Shown here: positions 1 to 12,692 of the stretch, one piece after another
Layout of the letters: the number at the start of each line of letters is the position of its first letter
Position numbering within the stretch: position 1 is the first letter of the stretch
Assembly: GCF_963921235.1 (NCBI RefSeq)
Contig: NC_086097.1
Coordinates: 5,890,001-5,954,000, forward strand
From: Mobula hypostoma
Taxonomy: Eukaryota
Direction: 5' to 3'
DNA length: 64,000 nucleotides
Notes under the pieces: generated by a model
What the model was told of the DNA's origin: nothing
Seen by the model: the letters and a program-made list of their open reading frames with translations, nothing else
Databases searched by the model: none
Translations under genes and position numbers: made by a program

Positions 1-419
1 TGGAACGTGGTGTGTGATTTCACACAGACCATGGGCCCAGCACGAGAGTAAAAGAACTCCAACGGTCCTGTGCCCATCGGAGTGCTGCAACTGTAATGGG
101 CCTTCCAGTTTATTTCTCCTTCTTTTCCTATTAACTGCTTGATAAAGCTGAAATTTGTAAGTATACTTTCTTTATGAAGTGTACAAACTGTTATTTCCGG
201 CTGACCGACAATGGTATACGGACAGCATTTACCCAGTGTCTGCTCGAATGGAGATTTCTTTAATTGCAACATCACAATATTCCCATCAGGTTGAACCATA
301 CCAACCCTAGAGGAGGATTGTTTTGAAAGGTGGCCTTCTCTCTGCTGAGTCCCAGGGCTTTTAGCGGGCTACCCGGCCAGTCAAGTTTGTATACAAGCCT
401 GGTGACAGGGGTGTACACA
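1..419 (+). repeat. LTR-like interspersed repeat (partial); related copy at ~34453-34760 on the minus strand
   Basis: Its reverse complement aligns by eye with 34453-34760 (ctttatcaa.cagttaataggaaaa; gaaggyccattacagttg). Ends in ...TGTACACA. Confidence 0.45.
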
Positions 420-789
420 TAACAGATAAAGTAATATTACTACATATAAATTAACAAATAATTTGCAACACAAGTTGAAAAGTAAACAGTAAAGTGCTAC
501 TGGTGCTTCATCCATGAAGAAACCTGTGTGGTGGCAGGGAGTTCAATTGTCTCACAAACTGAGGGAAGAAGCTGCTTCCCATCCTTAGGTTCCTGGTTCC
601 AATGCTACAGTACCTCCTGTCTGATGGTCAGGGGCCACAGGGATTGTTGGATGGTGGGAGAGATGATTGACACTGTTAAGGGCACTGAATGCGTAGCATT
701 CTTGGTAATTATCTTAGTTAGGTGGAAGAGCGACCATAAGACCTTAAGATAGACAATAAGACATGACTTGAGGTACGTTGATGGAGAAG

Positions 790-1908
790 ATCCTAAAAGG
801 TACCCCATGCAAGGCTTATTGAGAAAGTAAGGAGACGTGGGATCCAAGGGGACATTGCTTTGTGGATCCAGAACTAGCTTGCTCACAGAAGGCAAAGAGT
901 GGTTGTAGATGGGTCACATTCTGCATGGAGGTCGGTGGCAGTGGTGTGCCTCAGGGATCTATGCTGGGACCCCTTCTCTTCATGATTTTTATAAATGATC
1001 TGGATGAAGAAGTGGAGGGATGGGTTAGTAAGTGTGCTGATGACACAAAGGTTGGGGGTGTTGTGGATAGTGTGGAGGGCTGTCAGAGGTTACAGTGGGA
1101 CATTGATAGGATGCAAAACTGGGCTGAGAAGTGGCAGATGGAGTTCAACCCAGATAAATGTGAGGTGGTTCATTTTGGTAGGTCAAATATGATGGCAGAA
1201 TATAGTATTAATTGTAAGACTCTTGGCAGTGTGGAGGATCAGAGGGATCTTGGGGTCTGACATTGAAAGCAGCTGTGCAGGTTGATTAATAAGGCATATG
1301 GTGTACTGGCCTTGATCAATTGTGGGATTTGAGCCGAGAGGTAATGTTGCAGCTATATAGGACCCTGGTCAGACCCCACTTGGGAGTAATGTGCTCAGTT
1401 TTGGTCAGCTCACTACAAGAAGGATATGGAATCTATAGATCGGCTGCAGAGGAGATTTACAAGGATGTTGCCTGGATTGGGGAGTATGCCTTATGAGAAT
1501 AGGTTGAGTGAACTCGGCCTTTTCTCCTTGGAGCAACAGAGGATGAGAGGTGACCTGATAGAGGTGTACAAGATAATGAGAGGCATTCATCGTGTGGATT
1601 GTCAGAGGCTTTTTCCCAGGGCTGAAATGGCTGGCATGAGAGGGCACAGTTTTAAGGTGCTTGGAAGTAGGTCCAGAGGAGATGTCAGGGGTAAGTTTTT
1701 TACGCAGAGTGCATGGAATGGGCTGCCGGCGACGGTCATGGAGGCAAATATGATAGAGTCTTTTGAGAGGCTCCTGGATAGGTACATGGAGCTTATAAAA
1801 ATAGAGGGCTATGGTAACCCTAGATAATTTCTAAGGTAAATACATGTTTGGGACAGCTTTGTGGGTTGAAGGGCCTGTATTGTGCTTAGGTTTTCTATGT
1901 TTCTATGT
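790..1908 (+). mobile_element. CR1 LINE, 5'-truncated (RT C-terminal half and 3' tail), decayed
   Basis: ORFs 862-1260 (SGVPQGSMLGPLLF, ADDTKVGG) and 1426-1827 (RRFTRMLPG, RGDLIEVYKI); TTCTATGT tail repeats. Confidence 0.92.
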
Positions 1909-1974
1909 AAGATATAGGAGCAGAAGTAGGACATTTGGCCTATCGAGTCTTCTCTGCCATGGCTGATCCTTTCT

Positions 1975-2660
1975 GACAGTACAACAATTGTTGGTAGAAT
2001 CTCAGGTGGTGACGAGAGGGTGTACAGGAGTGAGATATGCCAACTAGTGGAGTGGTGCCGCAGCAACAACCTGGCACTCAACGTCAGCAAGACAAAAGAG
2101 CTGATTGTGGGCTTCAGGAAGGGTAGATGAAGGAACACATGCCAATCCACATAGAGGGATCAGAAGTGGAGAGAGTGAGCAGTTTCAAGTTCCTGTGTGT
2201 CAAGATCTCTGAGGATCTAACCTGGTCCCAACATATTGATGTAGTCATAAGGAAGGCAAGACAGTGGCTATACTTTATTAGGGGTTTGAAGAGATTTGGC
2301 ATGTCAACAAATACACCCAAAAACTTCTATGATTGTACTGTGGTGAGCATTCTGACAGGCTGCATCACTGTCTGGTATGGAGGGGCTAGTGCGCAAGATC
2401 GAAAGAAGCTTCAGAGGGTTGTAAATTTAGTCAGCTCCATCTTGGGTACTAGCCTACAAAGTACCCAGGACATCTTCAAGAAATGGTGTCTCAGAAAGGC
2501 AGCATACATTATTAAGGACCTCCAGCACCCAGGGCATGCCCTTTTCTCACTGTTACCATCAAGTAGGAGATACAGAAGCCTGAAGACACACACTCAGCTA
2601 TGCAGGAACAGCTTCTTCCTCTCTGCCATCCTATTCCTAAATGGAAATTGAAGCTTTGGA
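1975..2660 (+). mobile_element. Rex1/Babar LINE 3' fragment, inserted into an older minus-strand CR1 (1908-1975 and 2665-3445)
   Basis: ORF 2127-2651 VERVSSFKFL..ISEDLTWS..HPGHALFSLLPS..RRYRS..NSFF; flanks are the two halves of a CR1 3' end. Confidence 0.88.
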
Positions 2661-2664
2661 CACT

Positions 2665-3445
2665 GCCCAACCAATCAAGAATCTATCAACCTCTGTCTTA
2701 AATATACATAGAACAAAAAAGACTTGGCTCCACAGCTGCCTGTGGCAATGAATTCTACAGATTCAACACACTTTGGCTAAAGAAATCCCTTCTCATCTCT
2801 GTTCTAAAAGGACAGCCCTCTATTCAGATGCTGTGTCCTTTGGTCTTAGACACTCCCACTATAGGAAACAGCCTCTCCGCATGCACCCTATCAAGGCATT
2901 TCACCATTCAATAAGTTTCATTGAGGTCACCCCTCATTGTTCTGAATTCCAATGAATACAGGCCCAGACCCATCAAACTCTCCTCATATGACAAGCCATT
3001 CAATCCTGGAATCATTTTTGTGAATTTCCTTAGAACCCCTCCAGCTTTAGTGCATTCTTTCTGAGATAAGGGGCCCAAAACAGCTTGCAATACTCTAGGT
3101 GAGACCTCATCAGTGCTTTATAAAGTCTCAACATTACATCGTTGCTTTTATATTCTAGTTCTCTTCAAATGAATGCTAACATTGCATTTGCCTTCCTCAC
3201 CTCAGAATTTGTACTTTCTTTCCATGTAGAAAGTAGCCAACCCTTTCATTTCTTCTACCAAAGTGCATGGCCATACACGTCCTGACACTGTATTCCATCA
3301 GTCACTACTTTGCCCATTCTCGTAATCTAAGTTCTTCTCTAATCTCTTTATTTCCTCAAAGCTATCTGCCTCTCCACCTATCTTCATATTGTCTGCATAC
3401 TTTGCAACAATCTGTCAATTCTATTATCCACGTCATTGACATACG
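2665..3445 (-). mobile_element. CR1 LINE 3' fragment, decayed
   Basis: ORF 2908-3090 KFTKMIPGLNGLSYEE..LGLYSLEFRTMRGDL. Confidence 0.85.
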
Positions 3446-3459
3446 TAACACCTGTGTAA

Positions 3460-5354
3460 GTCTTATTGTGTATGACTAGTCGTCACATTCTTTTGAGAAA
3501 ATCAAATTACACAGGCCATCACAAGGTTATAGGTATCAGAAGGAGGCGGTGAATAGAAACCACACACTTCTGGAAATAAGGTTTGATTATAAGAAAAAAA
3601 AAGTACAAAATATTTACATGAGCAAGAACAATTCAAAATTCCAACATTCTGTGTAGGTTCCAAATCTTAGATCTCTAACTACAACAAATTCTTTTTCAAT
3701 TAGAATCAATGAGATTCCTTTATTACTATAATCTAACTAATTAGATTTAGTGTTATTTACTATTTAAAAGTTTACAGAAAAAACTTTCCTTTTTACTTAT
3801 CCTTTATCAGTTAGAAATCCAAACATAATTCCTATTCTCAAGTATTATAGTTTCAGTTCCAGGCAATACATATCTACAAGTTTAAATTCAAATGTTAAAA
3901 TTATTTATATTTATATACACACACAGTTTAACACCTTTCATGACAATTCTCCAACATCACAACTCTTAAACAGTCTAAAACAAATCTCATTCAGTAACTT
4001 ATCAAAGTCTTTGCAATAATAATTGGAGGAGGAGGAGAAGATGGCGACGCGACGGCAGCGCGCGCGGCCACTCCTGTGAATGATATCTGTAATCTGTCAA
4101 GTAGGGTACCGTGCACAATTCTGAATTGATGGAGACAGACGTGAGAGTATGGAAGAACATCTGGAAACCTTCTGAAATGCCCGCTTCGCTGCCGCTGCTA
4201 CTGTGTGGTCTGGAATCTCCGGAGGAGAAGGCCCCAAATCCTCGGCTTTGCTTGTTTTGGCAGCTGGGGTGAGGTCGAAAGCACTCAGCAGAGGATGGCG
4301 CTCAGGAGGCTGTATCAAAGGGGATGGTTGGAGGCTTGAAGTTTTCGGATGGAGGAACTGAATGTCGGCTGTTGTTGGGTGCTTCTAATGCATCGGCGGT
4401 AGTCAGTGCCTGGAGGTTTATGGCAGGGAGTTTCTCCCTTTTGCTGCCTGCTATCGGGGACTCGGGATTCAATCGGGACTTGAGACTTTTTTTTACCGTG
4501 CCCATGGTCTGCTCGTCATCAAATTACAGTATTGCTTTGCACTGCTGTAACTATATGTTATAATTATGTGGTTCTGTCAATGTTAGTCTTTGGTTTATCC
4601 TGTTTTTCTGTGATATCACTCTGGAGGAACATTGTATCATTTTGAATGCATGCATGCATTAAGAAATTACAATAAACGAGGACTGAGTGTTTTCCTAATC
4701 TAAAAAATAATCAGTTCTTACAGAAAATCAAATTTGGATGCTTCGAATGAAAGTAGCTTATACATCCAAACATATTAAATCCTCTGCGTCATTACACATA
4801 CCATTCCCACACTGATTCTTCACCTTGGGTGGCTCGCCATTTTGTTCCTTCGTTCAGCGGAATTAAATAGTTTATCATCCACAGAAAGTTAATTCACAAA
4901 CTTGTTCAAAACACTTGACCAAATCCCTTGGTATGATTTTACAGAACTAATTCCCGACTACACAGTAGGGATTTTGGACATTGGTTTCTGCCGATATTGT
5001 CTTGTTAAAGCCGTTGTGTGTTATAGGTGTAGCTTCAATAGATCTTTTATCGCTATTGTCTCTCCTCCAGGGGTCTCACCCTGAGGTTTTCAAGTTACTA
5101 GAGTAAAGATACTCACTACTAATTCCACTCTTAACAATTCACGTCTTTGGCTTCTAATAGTTGCTGCGTTTCTCGACTTGTCCATCCTGTTCCCAGCCAT
5201 GCCCCACCCCCGCATAGTGTTTTTTTTCAAATTCTCTTTTTTTCAATCCGTAAACCACAGGTAGAACTTTCTAACATAACATCTTTGGGTTTAATTAACC
5301 TGGGTTATACCCTCCCCCTTTGTATTTATGCAAGTCCCTTTGCATATTGTTACA
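3460..5354 (-). mobile_element. Putative LTR element 5' part: LTR 4843-5354, tRNA-Arg-like PBS 4822-4839, AT-rich internal region
   Basis: Minus strand reads TGTAAC...GGAACA, then AAA-TGGCGAGCCACCCAAGG, resembling the tRNA-Arg(ACG) PBS TGGCGAGCCAGCCAGG. No coding domain recognised. Confidence 0.45.
4021..4705 (+). mobile_element. Non-autonomous non-LTR retroelement (LINE-UTR-derived)
   Basis: CpG-rich head with AAGATGGCG; AATAAA near the 3' end; A-rich tail; flanking AATAAT at 4015-4020 and 4706-4711. Confidence 0.6.
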
Positions 5355-5357
5355 TAT

Positions 5358-6950
5358 TGTTACAGGTTGCACTGTAATGGCTTTGGAGTGGAATTGAGTC
5401 AGGTTTTATAAAAAACAAACATTTATTACAGTCTGCTCAGAAATAGCGAAATGGATTTAAATGACTAACTTAACCAGAAGTCCAGCAGTTAACTGCTATA
5501 CGGCAACTCTTGAACAGTTCTTAAAAGGGTAAATGCAAAGACAGTTCTTAAAGTGGTAAATTCAAACACAGTTCTTAGTTAAATTTGAAAGTCCAAGAGA
5601 TTTATACAGTCAATTAGGAGAGACTTTCCTGAAGTAAAGAATTCCTCGAAGACGTGGCGTTACTGCTGATCCCAGCCAGAACCTGCCTTGTCCACAGGAT
5701 TCACGACGACAGAAATAAAACGGTTTAAAGGAACTGACCATTTCCTCTGGAGAATAGACACTGCACAATCCTTCCTGCTTTACCAGAGGATATCTCAGAT
5801 GCAGGTCACTTTTTCTTGAACGAAGATCAATAAAGGTCGATCTTCTCCAAAACCGCCAAACGATATCAGCTTTACTCAACTCGGCGAATTCCTGTACTTT
5901 GGTAAGGTCTTCACTCTCCAATACTACTTACAATAGAAAGTAGAACTCCACTTTAAAATGAAACTGTGTCATAAGCCGAATATGCAGCAAAACGGAGTAT
6001 CTGACAAATTAAATAACGAACTAAACTTGAAAACTAACTGCATCACCCCAGAGGTATCCCTTTTATACCTGTGGTGAACATGTCATCACGTGACCTCACA
6101 CTGGAAAATTACATCACCCCACCATCACATGACCATTACCTCATGCTCATAAGATACTCAATTACTTCATGATCATAAGACAGTCACAAGATATCATGAG
6201 GTATGTAACACCACCCTCCAAAAAAATTGTTCTTTTAGGAACAAAATTGTAACAAATAACTATTTACAAAAAAAAGAAATGTATAATATTTACAATTTAA
6301 TATTCACAGTATTATCATACAGCATCTTGCAAACTAATATACAGTACAAGTGCTACAAATGTTAAAATACCACTCCAAAAAAAATTTACATTTTACGTTT
6401 AACATCTAAATAGACAATCAGCGATCACATTATCTTTCCCTATAATATGAGTTATCAAAATATTGTACTCCTGTAACATCAAACTCCAATTTAGTAATCT
6501 ACTTTTGTCTCTCATCTTACTCAAAAACACTAACGGATTATGATCGGTGTAACCTATGAGTGGTTCCTGAGTAGTACCAGCATACACTTCAAAATGTTGT
6601 AAAGCCAAAACAAGAGATAGTAACATACATCAAAGTTGCTGGTGAACGCAGCAGGCCAAGCAGCACCTATAGGAAGAGGCTGCGCCTCTTCCTATAGATG
6701 CTGCTTGGCCTGCTGCGTTCACCAGCAACTTTGATGTATGTTGCTTGAATTTCCAGCATCTGCAGAATTCCTGTTGTTTACAAGAGATAGTAGTTCCTTT
6801 TCTGTAGTTGAATAACTTCTTTGATGCAAATTAAATTTCTTAGAAAAGTAAGCTACCCGACGATCAACTTCATCACCCTCATCCCTTTGAAGTAACACTG
6901 CTCCTGCAGCTTCATCACTAGCATCTACATATAACAAAAAAGCAAAGTTC
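5358..6950 (-). mobile_element. Gmr1-like Gypsy 3' end: C-terminal RNase H, PPT and 3' LTR (5358-6209)
   Basis: YVDASDEAAGAVLLQ..VAYFSKKF..YSTTEKELL..YTDHNPL..GKDNVIADCLFRC* followed by PPT GGAGGGTGG and an LTR with TGTTAC...GTAACA termini. Confidence 0.8.
6623..6779. mobile_element. Fold-back mini-Penelope insertion with 13-bp TSD
   Basis: ACAAGAGATAGTA at 6610-6622 and 6780-6792; near-perfect palindrome made of the pLTR tail seen at ~38470-38560. Confidence 0.85.
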
Positions 6951-7068
6951 CTTACAAAGATTGATTTGTTAAAAAGTTATTGATGTGTTCCATTAGAAAA
7001 TAGAAGCCCACTTTGAAACGAAACTGCGTCATAAGACGAATACGCAGCATAACGGAGTATCTGACGAA

Positions 7069-7657
7069 TTATACTTTATATTTTATTGTCACCAAACAAT
7101 TGATATTAGAACATACAATTATCACAGTGATATTTGATTCTGCACTTCCTGCTCCCTGCAGTACAAATCGATAGTAAATATTAAAAATTTAAATTATAAA
7201 TCATAAATAGAAAATAGAAACTGGAAAGTAAGGTAGTGCAAAAAAACTGAGAGGCAGGTCTGGATATTTGGAGGGTACAGCCCAGATCCGGGTCAGGATC
7301 CGTTCAGCAGTCTTATCACAGTTGGAAAGAAGCTATTCCCAAATCTGGCCATATGAGTCTTCAAGCTCCTGAGCCTTCTCCCGGAGGGAAGAGGGATGAA
7401 AAGTGTGTTGGCTGGGTGGGTCGTGTCCTTGATTATCCTGGCAGCACTGCTCCGACAGCGTGCGGTGTAAAGTGAGTCCAAGGACGGAAGAATGGTTTGT
7501 GTGATGTGCTACGCCATGTTCATGATCTTCTGAAGCTTCTTCCAGTATTGGACAGGACAACTTCCATACCAGGTTGTGATGCACCCTAGAAAAATGCTTC
7601 CTGCGGTGCATCTATAAAAATTAGTGAGGGTTTTTGGGCACAGGCCAAATTTGTTTC
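7069..7657 (-). mobile_element. Rex1/Babar LINE 3' end, close relative of 47367-48760
   Basis: KFGLCPKTLTNFYRCT..; HPANTLFIPLPSGRRLRSL..FGNSFFPTVIRLLN; 3' UTR matches the reverse complement of 48510-48756. Confidence 0.9.
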
Positions 7658-7659
7658 GG

Positions 7660-8206
7660 TCTGCCATTTTCTGTGAGCTCCCCATAGCTATTTTGAAGCA
7701 TATTGACAATGTGATTCTTCCAATGGTAGTCTGAAAGTTAAGTCAACTGGGAATCTGGGTTGTCATCTGAACATCAATTCATACGAACTGAAGCCAGTCA
7801 TCTCATTCCTAGTACAATTATAAGCACGGTCTAGGGGTTTCACAAATTGTCACCAGTGACTTTTACTTCTCACTTCCAGGGTTCTTGACATATATAAGAG
7901 GGCCCTGTTAAACCTCTTGACAAGCTTTCCTCTGGGATGATATGGTGTAGTTCTGACTTTTTGAATTCCCGCTAACTCACACAATTCTTTAATCAAATGG
8001 GATTCAAAATCAGGTCCTCTATTGCTGTATAGGCGCTTGGGATAAACATAAGGTGAGATGAAATGCTCCCATAGGCACTGTGCAACCGTCTTGGCTTTTT
8101 GGTTAGATGTAGGAATAGCCCAAGCATATTTACTGAAACGATCAGTTATATCTAACACACCCTTTGTGTTTCTTTGATCGGGTTCTTATGTAAGAAAATC
8201 CATGCT
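7660..8206 (-). pseudogene. Gypsy integrase core remnant
   Basis: ITDRFSKYAWAIPTSNQKAKTVA..YPKRLYSNRGPDFES..RTTPYHP..KRFNR. Confidence 0.85.
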
Positions 8207-9090
8207 GTTACGTACCTCATGGGTATCTTGTGACTGTCTTATGATCATAATGTAATTGAGCATCTTGTGAGCATGATGTAATTGTCTTGTGATGGTGGGG
8301 TGATGTAATCTTCCTGCCAGTGTGAAGTCACATGATGTAATTTTCCCACTGCTGTGAGGTCTCGTGAATGCATGTCCCAACAGGTATATAAGGGGAAACC
8401 CCTGTTGTCACGCAGTTAGTTCATTAGTTAATTCGTTAGTTAATTTTGCTGCGAATTCGCCTCATGACGTAGTTTTGTTTTAAAGTATAGTTTTACTTTC
8501 TATTTTAAGGTGCAAAGTTTGTTGCCGGCAGTTTCGCCAATTGCTGCCAGTTCTTGTTTGTTGCACCTTTGTTTTCCTTTCCAGTCTAATACTGGAGAGT
8601 GAAGACCTTACCAAAGTACGGGAGCCTGAAGGATTGAGTAAAGTTGGTGTCATTCGGCAGTTTAATAAAGGAACGACCTTATTGAATCTTCGTTCAGGTA
8701 CAATGGCCTGCATCTGATATAACCCCTGCAAGATCAGGAAGGTTTGTGCAGTGTTTACCCTCCAGCAAAAAGGTCAGTTCCTTTAAGCCGTTTTATTTCC
8801 TTCATCGTGACTCCTTTGGACAAGGCATCTCTCAGCTGGGATCAGCAGTAATGTCACGTCTTCAAAGAAATCAGTTTTCAGGGAAGTCTCTCCTTACTGA
8901 CTGTATAAATCACTTGGACTTCCGAATTTACCACTTTAAGACTGTGTTCGAATTTACCACTTTAAGACTGTGTTCGAATTTACCACTTTAAGAACTGTTC
9001 CAGAGTTTGGCTGTCTGTTAAATTGACATATAGCACTTTGGAGGTGCTTAGGGCTTCCTGTATTGTGTTAGTAGCTTCCGCTCAGTTTTC
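8207..9090 (+). mobile_element. LTR of the same Gmr1-like family, opposite orientation, 3'-truncated; contains a 26-bp tandem repeat at ~8923-8997
   Basis: Starts TGTTACGTACCTCATG; colinear with the reverse complement of 5358-6209; interrupts the integrase remnant. Confidence 0.8.
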
Positions 9091-9385
9091 ACGACTGTCA
9101 GTCATTCAAGTTCTGGGAGGAGACTCAGGAGTACCATCACACTCAGATGTAGAAGGATTTTTCATTGCCGTTTATCTAACCATTTTATTTGAGCAGTCAG
9201 GGTTGTTTACACAGAGCTGAATCCCTGAACCTGAAGGACCAGTGGACCAATTTTAGTCTGGCCTCTATTCTTTGACCTGTTTGGCATGGGTGACACTACC
9301 AAGAGCCAAAACATAAAGCCCTGACTCCAGGCAACGTAGCTCTCTGGGTCATTGTGGCACGTGCGTCTCCAAACCTTGACAAGGT
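9090..9385 (-). repeat. RTE-clade 5'-UTR-derived repeat (copy of 31107-31410)
   Basis: Shared TGACCTGTTTGGCATGGGT and GGAGACTCAGGA..CATCACACTCAGAT motifs. Confidence 0.6.
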
Positions 9386-9394
9386 GGAGGAAGT

Positions 9395-10080
9395 GCATAA
9401 GGCATAGAACCATAATTAGGCCATCTGGCCCTTTGAATCTGCTCCACCATTCCATCATTTGGTATATCATCCCTCTCAACCCCATTATCGTGTCTTTTTC
9501 CTGTAATCTTTGACACCCTCGCTGATCAAAAACCTCTCAACCTCTACTTTATATATACCCAATGGTTTGTCCCCCACAGCCACTTGTGGCAGTGAATTCC
9601 ACTCTCTGTCTAAATAAATTCCTCCTCATCTCTGTTCTGAAGGGGTGTCCTTGTATTCCTAGCCAGTGCCCTCTAGCTGTAGACTCCCCCGCTATTGGGA
9701 ACATCTTCTCCATGTCCACTCTATCAATAGTTTTCTCTGAGATTCTTCCTCATTCTTCTAAACCCACTGAGTGCAGGCCCAGATCCATCCAGCACCAGCA
9801 GCTTTACAGGAATTAAGTAGGTAAACATGCAGATTAAAAAATAATCTCTGTGGAAAATATCTATCAGAAATTTAACTTAGTTTGTGTAAGAAATCAATAA
9901 GTGAATGACAGAACGTTGTTTAGAGTCATAGAGTCATAGAAAAGTACAGCAGACAAACAGGCCCATTGGCCCATCTAGCTTGTTCCAACCTAGTTAAACT
10001 GCCTAGTCCCATCAACCTGTATCTGTATCATAGCCCTCCATACCCCTCCCATCCTATACCTATCCAAACTCCTCTTAACG
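9395..10080 (-). mobile_element. Two CR1 3'-end fragments (9395-9785; 9922-10080)
   Basis: CR1 terminal motifs: attaggccat..gccc; (AGAGTCAT)2 AGAAAAGTACAGC. Confidence 0.7.
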
Positions 10081-10629
10081 GTTGATTTTTTAAAACAAAT
10101 GATCATGACCTATTTCTATGCAGGCCATTCTGATTGGTTAAGCGTTGGAGATTCGTTAACCACAGTTTTGTTGGTCTAAGTTATTTAATTACAACATGGA
10201 CAGCAATGTGCTGATATGGTTCACCTCAGTCAGATTTAGGCATGCTATAGGCTTTCTTTACCAGCCTATCTATCGACTTGTGCAGCCACATCAGAGAGCT
10301 ACAGTCTTGGATCCTCACATTCAATGTTGTACATCAGCATTGCTCAGGGTCCTACCATTAACTGTGTACTTTCCTCTACATTTGATTCCTCAAAGTACAA
10401 CACCTCACTCTTGCCCAGAATAAATGCTATCGATTTTAGTTCTCATTTTGAAACTATTGCACATTCTGGGTGCGTAATGACAAAGATTTCATATTTATTA
10501 AATATGAACTGAGCATTTATTGAATAAGACGAAGGCTAGTTATAGAAGGAATAATGTAAAATGGTCTTGAATGGGCTCCTATTCTAACAATAGTAATAAA
10601 TATCTGATCCATTATTACATACAGGACAA

Positions 10630-12320
10630 TTCTTTCCTTTCCAAGTACGCCTTTGCCAAAAAACAGTCTGTCCCAATCCACACTTTCTAGACCATTTCTG
10701 ATACCATCAAAATTGGCCTTTCTCCAATTTAAAATCTCACCCAATGGACCAGAACTATTACTTTGCATAGTTACTTTGAAACTAATAGCATTGTGGTCAC
10801 TGGACACAAGGTGTTCCCCTATACAAGCATCTGTCACCTGCCCTGTCTCATTCCCTAATAGCAGATCTGGTATCGCACAAATCTTCCTTCGGACTTCTGT
10901 GTACTGATGAAGGAAACGTTCCTGAATACATTTGACAAACTCTATCCCATCTAGTACTTTTACAGTACGGGATTCCCAGTCAATATGTGGAAAGTTAAAA
11001 TCACCTACTACAACAACCTGATGTTTCTTACAACCGTTTGTAAACCCTTTCAAATTTGTTCCTCTAAATCCCAAGGACTGCTGCGTGATCTGTAATACAA
11101 CTCCACCAATATGGTCATACATTTCTTATTTCTCAGGTCAACCCATAATGACTCACCAGTCAAGTTCTCCAGTCTGTCTTGATGGAACACTGCTGTGATA
11201 TTTTCCCTGACTAGTAATACCACCCCTTTTCCTTTAATCCCTCCTGCTCTGCCACACCTAAAAGAACGGAACCCTGGAATATTGAGCTGTCAGTCCCGTC
11301 ACTCCTGCAATCGATTCTCACTAATGGCTACAATGTCATAAATTCAGGCTTTGATCCATGCCCCGAGCTCATCCACCTTTCCTATAAATCTTCTTGCATT
11401 GAAACAGACGCAGCTCAGGACACTAGTGCCATCATGTTCAACCTTTTGATTTCTAACTTTGTCTGAAGTCTTACTGTCTCCACTCACTGTTCTGGCACTC
11501 TGGTTCCCATCCCCCTGCAACTCAAACTTAAGCTCCATCATGCAGCAACAACAAGTCTTCCCGCTAGGATATTAGTCCCCCTCCAGTTCAGGAGCAAACT
11601 ATCCCTTCTGTACAGGTCCCACTTTTCCTGGAAGAGAGCCCAACGATCCAAAAATCTTATACCCTCCCTCCATCATCAACTCCTTAGCCATGTGTTTAAC
11701 TGTATAATCTTTGGTTTGGTCTCACTAGCATTGACACGGGTAGTAATCCCGAGATCACAACCTAGGAGTTCCTGACTTTTAACTTAGCACCTAACTCCCT
11801 GTACTCCCTATGCAGAACCTCCTACTCATGTCATTGGTACCTACAGGGACCACGACTTCTGGCTGTTCACCCTCCCACTTAAGAGCGCTGAGGATTTGAT
11901 CCTAGATATCCCAGACCCTGGCATCTGGGGTGGGGGGGGGGTAACATACCATCTAGGAATCTTGTTCTCGCCCACAGAACCTCCTGTCCATGTCCATAAC
12001 TAACAAATCCCTGAACAACACACCATGCCTCTTCTCCTCCCTTCCCTTCTGAGTCACAGAAGCCAGCTCAGTGCTGGAGACCCGACTTGTGTGACTTTCT
12101 TCTGTTAGGTTCTCCTCCCAGGGGTATCAAAAGTGATATACCTGTAGTTGAGGGAGATGGCCACAGAGTACCCTGCACTGTCTCCTTATCTCTTTTCTCC
12201 CTCCTGACTGTCACCCTGCACCTTGGGTGTAACTACCTCTCTACCTCTCCTTTTGAATGATCCAGAGTTCATCCAGTTCCAGCTCCAGCTTCTTAATGCA
12301 GAGTGGTAGAAGCTGCACTT
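10630..12320 (-). mobile_element. CR1 5' portion (ORF1 and APE endonuclease), decayed
   Basis: VVVVGDFNFPHIDWE..SSDHNAISF; CVCFNARRFIGKVDEL; colinear with ~16800-18540. Confidence 0.85.
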
Positions 12321-12692
12321 CTCACCACTGGTCAAAGTCAATTGATTAGTTTTGAGGGGATGATGAGCTGTAGTCAATAAAGAGCATCCTGATGTATGCA
12401 ACTTTGCTGTCCAGGTGTTCCAGGAGCATTTATACTCCCTTTTGCAGTCAGATACTATCAATATGTATTATGGACGCCGTGAATTGGAATGAGGCAGACT
12501 CGTCCGAACTCAAGGTGTCGAATTTGAAGTGAATGGCTCGAGTCACCATTGGAAGAGCCTGATGGGGCTGACTTGTCTTGTCCCCTCCTCCATACCATGG
12601 AGCTGGGCTACTAGACTTTAACGACCTGTATGTGAAAGTGATTTACACCTTGAGATACTGATGGAAATGCTGCGCTGTCTGTGGTACATCCA

